A stretch of DNA of 64,000 nt, from contig JAWLHJ010000004.1 in the NCBI GenBank assembly GCA_041690395.1, positions 305,365-369,364 of the forward strand. Reading direction: 5' to 3'. This document shows, one piece after another, positions 42,117-52,288 of the stretch. How positions within the stretch are numbered: the stretch's first letter is position 1; each line of letters starts with the position of its first letter. The notes under the pieces are model-generated. The model worked only from the letters and a program-made list of their open reading frames with translations, had not been told where the DNA came from and did no database searches. The position numbers and the translations under genes are program-made. Source of the DNA: Longimicrobiales bacterium (lineage in GTDB: Bacteria; Gemmatimonadota; Gemmatimonadetes; Longimicrobiales; Gaopeijiaceae).

Positions 42117-43274
42117 TCAGGCGTTCGCGAGCGCCGAATCGTAGAGGTGCCGCGCGACGGCCTCCGCGAGCATCTCGTGCGCGCGGTTCACGATCAGGTC
42201 GAGCGAGCCGGTCTCCTGGAACATCTCTTCGGCCTTTTCCCGCAACTCGGGGATGGTCGGGAGGTGCGGCATCGACAGCTCGGCCAACCGCTTCTCGGCC
42301 TGTCCGCGAGCCTGACGCGCACGGGCTTGGAGGTCCTCGAGGACGTGGGACTCGTCCCACGCGTCACGCACCGAATGCGCGATCTGCTCGACGCGGAACG
42401 CGCCGGCGAGGTCGCCCGCGACCTTCTCGAGCACCTTGCGCCCGATCGGCTTCTCACCGCGCACGATCTCGGGCGGCGGCGAGCGGAGGTCCCAGACCAG
42501 CCGGAACCACGACATCACCTTGAGCGCGTAGTAGGACAGGTCGACCTCGTACCAACGGAAGCCCTGGCGCGTCGAGCTCTGGTAGTGGTGATGGTTGTTG
42601 TGCCACCCCTCGCCCAGGGTGATCAGGGCGAGCCAGAAGTTGTTCCGCGAGTCGTCGCCCGTCAGATACCGCTGCGAGCCGTGCACGTGCGCCAGCGAGT
42701 TGATGAAGAACGTGCCGTGGTAGAGCGCCACCGTGCTCCAGAAGAAGCCGACGACGAGCATGGTCCAGCCGCCCCACAGGAAGAGGGCCACCCCGAGCAT
42801 GATGGCCGGGATGTAGTTGGTCTTGTTGAGCCACACCAACTCGGGATACTTGGTGAGGTCCTTCACCGTCCCGTAATCCGGCTTCCAGTTGTTGTGGTTG
42901 AAGATCCAGCCCACATGCGAGTACAGGAAGCCCTGGTGGCGTGGGGAGTGCACGTCCTGCTCGGTATCCGAGTACAGGTGATGATGCCTGTGCACGGCGG
43001 CCCACCAGATCACCCCGCGCTGGGCGGACGTCTGCCCGATGAGCGCGATGATGAACTGCATGACCCGGCTCGTCTTGTAGGACCGGTGGCTGAAGTACCT
43101 ATGGTACCCCGCCGTGATGCCCCACATGCGGATGACGTAAAGCGCGACGGCGACCCAAACGGCCGTCCAGGTGACCCCGGTCCAGATCGCGCCCAGACAT
43201 GCCAGGTGCACCAGGATGAATGGAATCGTCGCGGGGTAGACGATGTCGTCGTGCGGGGCGTGGCTATGGCTCAC
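42117..43274 (-). CDS. Delta-9-type acyl-CoA/lipid desaturase with C-terminal helical extension
   Basis: His boxes HRYFSH, HRHHH, GEGWHNNHH; INSLAH. Confidence 0.92.
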   Translation of the reverse strand: MSHSHAPHDDIVYPATIPFILVHLACLGAIWTGVTWTAVWVAVALYVIRMWGITAGYHRYFSHRSYKTSRVMQFIIALIGQTSAQRGVIWWAAVHRHHHLYSDTEQDVHSPRHQGFLYSHVGWIFNHNNWKPDYGTVKDLTKYPELVWLNKTNYIPAIMLGVALFLWGGWTMLVVGFFWSTVALYHGTFFINSLAHVHGSQRYLTGDDSRNNFWLALITLGEGWHNNHHHYQSSTRQGFRWYEVDLSYYALKVMSWFRLVWDLRSPPPEIVRGEKPIGRKVLEKVAGDLAGAFRVEQIAHSVRDAWDESHVLEDLQARARQARGQAEKRLAELSMPHLPTIPELREKAEEMFQETGSLDLIVNRAHEMLAEAVARHLYDSALANA

Positions 43275-43380
43275 TCGGTACTGCTCCAGATCGGGTCCGT
43301 ATGTAGTTCACGGGTACTTTGAAGTTAACGGACCGGGGATGCAGGACCAAGCATGGGGGTTGTCCGCACCGAAGGGTGTC

Positions 43381-43410
43381 ATATATTCATATTCGAATCG
43401 ATGAATACAT
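43381..43410. promoter_or_regulatory. Inverted repeat overlapping the ArsR-methyltransferase start, candidate autoregulatory operator
   Basis: TATTCAT-N10-ATGAATA (43384-43407) in an AT-rich island. Confidence 0.6.
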
Positions 43411-44368
43411 TGACGCCCCCACCCATCCTGGACCATCTGAACGCGCTCGGCGACGAGACGCGGGTCCGTATCCTCGCGTTGCTCGACCGTAGCGAGTTCA
43501 CGGTCGGGGAGCTCGGCGCGGTTCTGCAGATCGCCCAACCGTCCGTGAGCCGGCACCTGAAGACGCTGGCCGACGAGGGGTGGGTGGAGGCGCGCCAGGA
43601 CGGACGGCTCCGCCACTACCGTTTCTCGGCCGGCATCGACGATTCCGCGCGGGACCTCTGGTCGATCGTGCGCGCGCGGCTCGGCACAAATGGTCCTTAT
43701 GCGGCCGACGGTGAGCGGGCGGCCGCGGTGCTGCACGACCGACGGCTGCGCTCCGCCGAGTTCTTCGCGCGTGCCGCGGAGCGCTGGGACGGCCTCCGCG
43801 AGGAGCTGTTCGGGCGCGACGTCCGCTTCGCTCCCCTGCTCGGCCTGCTCGACCCCGACTGGACCGTCGGTGATCTCGGCACAGGGACGGGCGCGCTCGC
43901 CCGCCTCGTGGCGCCGTTCGTCGAGCGCGTCGTCGGCGTCGATCGCTCCGAGGAGATGCTCGAGGCCGCCCGCCATCGCCTCGAAGGGCTGGAGAACGTG
44001 GAGCTCCGGAGCGGATCGCTCGAGGAGTTGCCCATCGAGAACGGAGAGCTCGACATCGCGCTCCTGTCGCTCGTGCTCCACTACGTCGTCGATCCGCCCC
44101 ACGTGCTCGCCGAGGTCCGGCGCGCGCTGAGGCCCGGTGGGCGCGTCGTGCTGCTCGAGATGCGCCTCCACGAGCGGGGCGTCGGCTATGCCGAGGAGAT
44201 GGGTCACGTATGGCCCGGCTTCGAGCCGGGCCGCCTCGACGGGTGGCTGGCCGATGCCGGCTTCGGCGGCATCCGCACGAACCTGCTCGCGCCCGACCCG
44301 TCGGCGAGCGGGCCCCTGTTGTTCCTCACGACCGCTTCCGTATCCACCAAGAAAGGAAGGACATCCAC

Positions 44369-44372
<4 letters not shown>
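43401..44372 (+). CDS. sahR: ArsR HTH plus SAM-methyltransferase-domain regulator (SahR/SamR type)
   Basis: [21 protein letters not shown] ArsR domain; DLGTGTG, GVD.SEEML, LVLHY; ATGA-coupled to ahcY. Confidence 0.82.
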
Positions 44373-45859
<1,487 letters not shown>

Positions 45860-45932
45860 GCCGGTGACGTACCGGCAAGCGCGCCCGAGGGTGCGGCGTG
45901 CCGATGCGGCGGGTCTTCCGGACCCGGTGAAT

Positions 45933-45981
45933 GCGAAATGGGGGGGCGGCGTCCGAGAGGGCGCCGTCCCCTTCTTTTCGC
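45933..45981 (+). terminator. Intrinsic terminator after ahcY
   Basis: GGGGGCGGCGTCC-GAGA-GGGCGCCGTCCCC followed by TTCTTTT. Confidence 0.75.
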
Positions 45982-46183
45982 CGACTGGGCTGATCGGTAG
46001 TCGCCGGTAGGGGAGATCCCCTACACGCGGCGTCGACCTTCTCCCGCCACCGCCGGAGCCCGGTGCGAGCCATCTTTTTGTCGTGGGGGGCGTTGCCCTC
46101 CACCTGATCAAGAAGACTACGCCCCGCCGGTCGGGTATCGATCCCGACGCCCGCCTCCGGGACGGTCGAAGGAGGTCGATGCG

Positions 46184-46705
46184 ATGCGCAGCACGAGATC
46201 AATCGCGTGGACGGCCGGAGTGGCCGTCCTTCTCGCGCTCCCGGACATGGCGACGGCTCAGGATCCGGCCGTGGTTCAGCAGCAGATGCAGGAACAGGTG
46301 CAGCGGATGCAGGAGCATGCCCGTCAGCTGACCCAGGCGATGGATCAGATGGCGAACGTGCAGCAGCGCGCTCACCAGATCGAACAGCAGCTCGTTCGTG
46401 AGATGGAACAGCACCGGCTGCAGCGGGACGTCGACGTCCAGGTGGCCGAGCGGTTGCGTTACGAGGAGCGCCTTCGGGAGATGGCGCATTCCATGAACGT
46501 GGGCGCCCAGGAGATGCACCGTGCGATGGAGCAGCTCCGAAACATGGCGGAGCAGGCCGAAGCCCCCTTCCGTGGCAACATGGAGCAGGAGGTCGAGCGG
46601 CTCCGGAACCACTGGGAGTCGATGACCGGCTCCATGGAAGAAGGGCTCAGGCTCCTCGAGCGGTTGAGGGATCGGGTCCAGGCATCGGCGCCGACAGGCG
46701 GCTGA
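46184..46705 (+). CDS. Secreted Met/Gln/His-rich all-helical protein
   Basis: AGGAGG RBS, signal peptide ATA|Q, heptad-like pattern. Confidence 0.75.
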   Translation: MRSTRSIAWTAGVAVLLALPDMATAQDPAVVQQQMQEQVQRMQEHARQLTQAMDQMANVQQRAHQIEQQLVREMEQHRLQRDVDVQVAERLRYEERLREMAHSMNVGAQEMHRAMEQLRNMAEQAEAPFRGNMEQEVERLRNHWESMTGSMEEGLRLLERLRDRVQASAPTGG

Positions 46706-46712
46706 GGCTGCC

Positions 46713-47648
46713 ATGAGACCCGAGGCACCCTCGGGCGGCGCCGCGTGGTGGCGCTCGGTCGTGGCCGGGCTGGTCCTGGCCGCGGCCGGCGCTCCCGGCC
46801 TGCCGTGGAGCCCCGAGCCCCTGCTCGGCCAGACCGTCCGCTATTCGGGGTCGGTCAGCTACTCGACCGGCTCCTACCTGTTCGCGGAGCGTACCCATTC
46901 GTTCTGGCTGTCGAACGGGCTCAGCGTCCGCGGCCCGAAGCTCAGCGCATCGGCTACGCTTCCACTGATCCTGCAGAACAGCGGCGTCGTGAGCGTGGTG
47001 GGCGGACAGCCGGTGCCGACGGGGGGCCAGGGCAGCGGTGTGGTGGGTCGGCGGGCGGGTGACGGAACGATCGGCACGAGGCGAGGGGGCGGTAGTGGTG
47101 CGGGTGGAGGCATGCTCCCGACCGACTCCGTGGTCGTGTTCCGTGACCAGTACGCCCTGGAGGTCGGCGATCCATCCCTGCGCCTCGGCTATGACGCGTA
47201 CTCGGGTTTCGGGTTCTTGAGATCGGTCTCGCTCAGCCTCGGGACCAAAGCCCCCCTGCGCGGCCTGGAGTCCGGCGTCGGAACCGGCGAGTGGGATGTC
47301 GGGGCGGGCGCATCCGTCGCCATGGGCGTGGGGAGCACCTGGTTCTTCCTGGACGGCGCACACTGGTGGTTCGGCGACCTCCCGGAGCTCGAGCTCGAGG
47401 ACGGTGTGCTGTATTCCGCCGGTGTTTCCCGGCTCTTCGGTGAGAGCGGAACGTCATTGATCGCGAGCATCTCCGGGAGCAGCCGGATCGTGCCGACGGC
47501 GGCCGCTCCCCTTAGTGTATCTTTGGGCCTGTCACGATTCCTGGACCGGGGGCGGTCCCTCTCGCTCGGCCTGACGGCCGGGCTGAGCGAAGCGTCCCCT
47601 GACCTGTCGGCCTATTTCGGATGGAGTCTTCCCGTGGGAGGATCATGA
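46713..47648 (+). CDS. Putative outer-membrane beta-barrel protein
   Basis: Signal-like N-terminus, alternating amphipathic strands rich in aromatics and Gly, VGD..L.LGY and GTGEWD motifs, terminal AYFGWSL strand. Confidence 0.6.
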   Translation: MRPEAPSGGAAWWRSVVAGLVLAAAGAPGLPWSPEPLLGQTVRYSGSVSYSTGSYLFAERTHSFWLSNGLSVRGPKLSASATLPLILQNSGVVSVVGGQPVPTGGQGSGVVGRRAGDGTIGTRRGGGSGAGGGMLPTDSVVVFRDQYALEVGDPSLRLGYDAYSGFGFLRSVSLSLGTKAPLRGLESGVGTGEWDVGAGASVAMGVGSTWFFLDGAHWWFGDLPELELEDGVLYSAGVSRLFGESGTSLIASISGSSRIVPTAAAPLSVSLGLSRFLDRGRSLSLGLTAGLSEASPDLSAYFGWSLPVGGS

Positions 47649-48808
47649 CGATGAGCACGACGCGCGTACCGCGGCCCCACCCCCCCGGCGTGCTCGGGGC
47701 GGGACTGTTGCTCACGGCGCTCCTGGCGGGCCCGGCCAGCGCCCAGGTGGGTGAGGGCCCCTGGCCGCCCACGGACTACGCTTCGATGAACGGTGAGGAG
47801 CTCTACCGCGAAGCGTGCGCCGGATGCCACGGCCCCGACGGCACCGGTATGCCGTCGTCCGCGGTGGGCTTCCTGATCCCGCTGCCGGACTTCACCGATT
47901 GCAGCTTCGCGACGCGTGAGCCCGATTCGGATTGGCTGGCGGTCGCGCACGACGGCGGCCCGACGCGGGGCTTCGACCCGCTCATGCCGGCCATCGGCGG
48001 CGTGCTCACCGTCGAACAGCTGCAGCTCGCCCTGGACCACATCCGCACGATGTGCACCGATGACAGCTGGCCCCGTGGCGAGCTCAACCTGCCCCGGGCG
48101 ATGGTGACGGAGAAGGCGTATCCCGAGGACGAAGCGGTCTTTACGTACGGCGCCTCCCTCGACGGGCCGGGCGTGCACACGGGCGAATTCGTCTATGAGA
48201 AGCGGTTCGGGGCCCGGAACCAGATCGAGTTCGTGGTGCCGTTCTCGTATCGGTCCCGAGGGGACGGCGCTTCGTGGCAAGGAGGGCTCGGCGATCTCGT
48301 CGTGGGCGTCAAGCGCGCATTCTACCATAGCATGGAGAAGGGATCGATCTTCAGCGCGGCGGCCGAGATCAAGCTTCCGACGGGTGACTACGAGAGTGGC
48401 TTCGGTGCGGGCACGCCGGTGTTCGAGACCTTCGCCTCCTACGGACACAGCCTGCCCGCCGACGCGTTCCTGCAGCTCCAGGGCGTCTACGAGCGCCCCT
48501 TCGACACGGACCGGGCCGGTGATGAGGCCGCCCTCCGTTTGGTCCTCGGAAAGAGCTTCACCCAGGGTGCGTGGGGGCGGACCTGGAGTCCGATGGTCGA
48601 GGTCCTGTCGAGCCGCGAGCTCGAGGACGGCGCGACGATCCACTGGGACGTGGTGCCGCAGTTCCAGGTGACGCTCAATACCCGGCAGCACGTGATGGCG
48701 AACCTGGCGGTGAGGGTGCCGGTCAACGACACGGCCACCCGCGAGCCCACGCTGCTCGTCTACATCCTGTTGGACTGGTTCGACGGCGGATTCTTCGAGG
48801 GATGGTAA
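47645..48808 (+). CDS. Monoheme cytochrome c fused to a putative outer-membrane beta-barrel
   Basis: Signal peptide ASA|Q, LY...CAGCHG..G.G, distal MP; C-terminal strands with GLGD....K and KLPTG; aromatic end FFEGW. Confidence 0.75.
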   Translation: MTMSTTRVPRPHPPGVLGAGLLLTALLAGPASAQVGEGPWPPTDYASMNGEELYREACAGCHGPDGTGMPSSAVGFLIPLPDFTDCSFATREPDSDWLAVAHDGGPTRGFDPLMPAIGGVLTVEQLQLALDHIRTMCTDDSWPRGELNLPRAMVTEKAYPEDEAVFTYGASLDGPGVHTGEFVYEKRFGARNQIEFVVPFSYRSRGDGASWQGGLGDLVVGVKRAFYHSMEKGSIFSAAAEIKLPTGDYESGFGAGTPVFETFASYGHSLPADAFLQLQGVYERPFDTDRAGDEAALRLVLGKSFTQGAWGRTWSPMVEVLSSRELEDGATIHWDVVPQFQVTLNTRQHVMANLAVRVPVNDTATREPTLLVYILLDWFDGGFFEGW

Positions 48809-48810
48809 CC

Positions 48811-50484
48811 ATGCGCATCATGACCTATACGGCATCGCTGACCGCGCTCCTCAGCGTGGGGTACGTGGTGGGCGACCTGTTCGCCCAGACGGCGTCTACC
48901 CCGTTCGAGCCGTCGTCCCAGGAAGCCCTCGCCGCGCACGGCGGCGCCGTGCGCCTCTTCGAGACGAGCGATATGTGCCTCGCCTGCCACAACGGCGTCA
49001 CCACCGCGCTCGGCGAGGACATCTCCATCGGGTTCGACTGGCGGGCCTCGATGATGGCCAACGCCGCCCGCGACCCGTACTGGCAGGCGGCGGTACGCCG
49101 TGAGATCACGGACCACCCCGGTGCACGGGAGGCCATCGAGGACAAATGCTCCACGTGCCACATGCCCATCGCGCGGTACTCGGCCCACCTGACCGGGGGC
49201 ATGGGTGAGGTGTTCGGGAGCCTCCCGCGGTACGGCGCGGACCCGCAGCTCGCCGCCGATGCGCTCGACGGCGTGTCGTGCTCCGTGTGCCATCAGATTG
49301 CAGACTCGAACCTGGGCTCACCGGAGAGCTTCACCGGGGGCTTCGAGGTCGACGAGCGCACGGCGACGGGCGAGCGCACCATCTACGGTCCCTTCGAAGT
49401 CGATGACGGGCGGGTGCGCCTCATGCAGTCCGCGTCCGGCTTCCGGCCCGAAGAGTCGCCCCACATCCAGTCGTCCGAGCTGTGCGCGTCCTGCCACACA
49501 CTCTACACGCACTCGCTCGACGAGGACGGGAACGAGATCGCCGAGCTCCCCGAGCAGGTCCCGTATCTGGAGTGGCTCCACAGCGATTACCGCGAGGACC
49601 AGAGCTGCCAGTCCTGCCACATGCCCGTCGTCCAGGGGGAGGCCCCGGTGACCAGCGTGCTCGGACAGCCTCGCACCGAGGTGTCCCGGCACGTCTTCCG
49701 GGGCGGCAACTTCTTCATGCTCAGGATGCTGAACCGGTACCGGAACGAGCTCGGGGTCACGGCCCTTCCCCAGGAGCTCGACGCCGCGGCGACACGGACG
49801 GTGGAACACCTCCGCTCCAGCACCGCGCGGATCCGTGTCGACGAGCCCCGTCGCACCGACGGGGGCGTCGCCTTCGACGTGATCGTCGACAACCTGGCCG
49901 GGCACAAGCTGCCCACCGCCTACCCGTCGCGGCGGGCCTGGCTGCACGTGACGGTGAGTGACTCGTCCGGACGGGTGGTCTTCGAGTCCGGCGCGCTCCG
50001 GCCCGACGGCTCCATCGTCGGGAACGACGCGGACGCGGATGCGGACGCCTTCGAGCCGCACTACACCGTCGTGCGCGCGGCCGACGAGGTCCAGATCTAC
50101 GAGTCGGTCCTGGGCGATCCGTCCGGAACGCCGACCACGGGCCTCCTCACCGCGATCAACTACCTGAAGGACAACCGGATCCTGCCGACGGGCTTCGACA
50201 AGGCCACCGCTGATCCGGACATCGCCGTCCGGGGGTCCGCGTTCGACGACGGCGACTTCGTCGGGGGCTCGGACCGGACGCGTTACGAGCTCGACGTCCC
50301 GGGGTCGACCGGCCCGCTCACGGTGGAGGTGTCGCTCTGGTACCAGCCCATCGGCTACCGATGGGCACGCAACCTCGACGACTATACCGATCACTTCGAG
50401 CCGGAGCGGTTCGTGCGGTACTACGACAGCATGGCCGAAGGGTCGGGTGTGCGGATCACGGGAGCGGTGGCAGAGGTGCGATGA
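48811..50484 (+). CDS. Pentaheme cytochrome c with C-terminal beta-sandwich
   Basis: Five CxxCH motifs: CLACH, CSTCH, CSVCH, CASCH, CQSCH; signal/anchor at the N-terminus; NLAGHKLPT. Confidence 0.88.
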   Translation: MRIMTYTASLTALLSVGYVVGDLFAQTASTPFEPSSQEALAAHGGAVRLFETSDMCLACHNGVTTALGEDISIGFDWRASMMANAARDPYWQAAVRREITDHPGAREAIEDKCSTCHMPIARYSAHLTGGMGEVFGSLPRYGADPQLAADALDGVSCSVCHQIADSNLGSPESFTGGFEVDERTATGERTIYGPFEVDDGRVRLMQSASGFRPEESPHIQSSELCASCHTLYTHSLDEDGNEIAELPEQVPYLEWLHSDYREDQSCQSCHMPVVQGEAPVTSVLGQPRTEVSRHVFRGGNFFMLRMLNRYRNELGVTALPQELDAAATRTVEHLRSSTARIRVDEPRRTDGGVAFDVIVDNLAGHKLPTAYPSRRAWLHVTVSDSSGRVVFESGALRPDGSIVGNDADADADAFEPHYTVVRAADEVQIYESVLGDPSGTPTTGLLTAINYLKDNRILPTGFDKATADPDIAVRGSAFDDGDFVGGSDRTRYELDVPGSTGPLTVEVSLWYQPIGYRWARNLDDYTDHFEPERFVRYYDSMAEGSGVRITGAVAEVR

Positions 50485-50500
50485 CCGGCGCCTGGCCGGC

Positions 50501-50525
50501 CCGGTAGGGGCTCCCCTCCTACCGG
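50501..50525. terminator. Hairpin between the convergent cytochrome operons
   Basis: CCGGTAGG...CCTACCGG, overlapping the minus-strand stop. Confidence 0.4.
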
Positions 50526-50950
50526 AGCGCGGCCAGGTACGCCACCAGAGCGCCGAGATCCCCCTCGGTCATCTCCGCGAACTCCGTCTTGGCTCGCGCC
50601 ACCGAGGGGCTCAGCGAGCCTCGCACCGCGTCGTCCGCGACGACGAACGCATGGATCTCCTCGGGGGTGAGCCGGGAGCCCACGCCGTCGAGCGGGCTCC
50701 GGGGGCTCCCCTCACCCGCGACCCGATGGCACCGGAGGCACCCCTGCTCTTCGAAGACCGCCCGCCCGCGCCGGAGCTCCGCAGGGTCCGGAGGCACGTC
50801 CGGCGGAGGCACGACCGGTGCCGCTTCGGTAGCGGCGGGCGTAGCGTCGGGGACGGGGCCCGTGTTCTGCCGTTCGGCGAACAGCGCCGCCAACCCCACC
50901 ACGAAGACGCCGATCCCCAGCGCGTACCAGCGTGCGATGCGTTCCCTCAT
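50519..50950 (-). CDS. Membrane-anchored monoheme cytochrome c
   Basis: N-terminal TM, Pro-rich linker, GRAVF...CLRCH, LDGVGSR, LVAYL. Confidence 0.85.
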   Translation of the reverse strand: MRERIARWYALGIGVFVVGLAALFAERQNTGPVPDATPAATEAAPVVPPPDVPPDPAELRRGRAVFEEQGCLRCHRVAGEGSPRSPLDGVGSRLTPEEIHAFVVADDAVRGSLSPSVARAKTEFAEMTEGDLGALVAYLAALR

Positions 50951-50965
50951 GATTCGGCCATGGCG

Positions 50966-52288
50966 CTACGCCATCTGGAAGAGCTCGGAGTGAATGCGCC
51001 GGAGGGGCACGCCGGCCTCGAGGAGGGCGTCCTGGGCCATGTCCGTCAACGGCTGCGGACCGCACATGAAGCACAGCGCTCCGTCGGGAAGCTCGGATAG
51101 GGCCTCGCGAACGAGCTCCGGCGTGGGCCACCCCACCGCGCCGTCCCACCCCTCGTGGGGCTCCTCGAAGACATGGTGCACGCGGAGGTCCATGCGCGCC
51201 TCGAGCTCCTTCAGGTCGTCCCGGAGCGGCGTCGCGTCCCAGGCACGGGTCCCGTAGACGAGACGCACGGGCCGCTCGTCACCCCGGTCGGCCATAGCCC
51301 GCAGCATACCCACCATGGGCGCGATCCCCACCCCACCGGCGATCATGAGGAAGCCGGGCGCCGACGGGTGACGATCCACGGTGAAGATGCCGTGCGGACC
51401 ATCGACATAGGCCACGGTTCCGACCTCCGTCTCCCCGATGGTGCCGGTGAAGTCCCCGAGCTCCTTGATGGTGAACTCGAGCGCCGGAGCGTCCTCCGCG
51501 CTCCCGGAGATCGAGAACGGATGCTCCTGCGCACGCAGGGGGGAGCGGCCCAGGGAGATCCAAACGAACTGACCCGGAGCGAAACGGAATCCCTCATGGC
51601 CCTCCGGCTCGAGGCGCAGCCGCCAGCACCGTCCTGGTTCCGCGCTGACCTCCGCGACGCGGTAGGGACGCGCCATCAGGGCGATGGGCTTCATCACCCG
51701 CACGTAGGCCACGATGGCGATGAGGGACCCCAGGACGAAGTCCAGCACGATCCTGGTCCAGAAGAGGCCCGAGTGATATCCGACACCCACCACGTGTACG
51801 AACGCGAGGGCCATACCCGCGACCGCCAGCACGATATGGGCGACGCGCCAACGGTCGTAGGAGATGCCGAAGGTCTTCCGCCAGAGCGAGGAGGCCACGA
51901 GCACGACGAAGATGGCGAGGGCCACGCGGCCCGCCGTCATGTGGAAGGGCGCGTCCCCCGGCCAGAACGGCTCCAGAGTGCGCGGATAGGCCACGCGGAG
52001 GATGGCGTAGTGCGCGACGACCAGCAGAAGCCCGACGACGGCCAGCCAGCGGTGGAGCATGTACAGCACATCCATGCCGAACGGGGCCGTTGCCCGCCGG
52101 AATCGGGCCGTCAGCCAGAACTGTCCACCCATGAGGGCCAACGCCCCGAATCCGAGCCCCATGGAGAAGTCGAACCACCACCCTGCGCCCCGAGCGACGA
52201 CGAGGCCGCTCCCGAGCACGACGAGAGGCGCGGCGATCAGTGCCCCGTAGGCGAACGACCAGAGGAGGCCTGGAACACGGCCCTTCAT
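50966..52288 (-). CDS. Ferric-reductase-like TM domain plus FAD/NAD(P)H FNR domain (NOX-like flavocytochrome b)
   Basis: Paired His in TMs (LHRW..AHY; AHIV..VHV), PGQF, HPFSISG, DGPHG, IAGGVGIAP, CGP, ELF. Confidence 0.9.
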   Translation of the reverse strand: MKGRVPGLLWSFAYGALIAAPLVVLGSGLVVARGAGWWFDFSMGLGFGALALMGGQFWLTARFRRATAPFGMDVLYMLHRWLAVVGLLLVVAHYAILRVAYPRTLEPFWPGDAPFHMTAGRVALAIFVVLVASSLWRKTFGISYDRWRVAHIVLAVAGMALAFVHVVGVGYHSGLFWTRIVLDFVLGSLIAIVAYVRVMKPIALMARPYRVAEVSAEPGRCWRLRLEPEGHEGFRFAPGQFVWISLGRSPLRAQEHPFSISGSAEDAPALEFTIKELGDFTGTIGETEVGTVAYVDGPHGIFTVDRHPSAPGFLMIAGGVGIAPMVGMLRAMADRGDERPVRLVYGTRAWDATPLRDDLKELEARMDLRVHHVFEEPHEGWDGAVGWPTPELVREALSELPDGALCFMCGPQPLTDMAQDALLEAGVPLRRIHSELFQMA

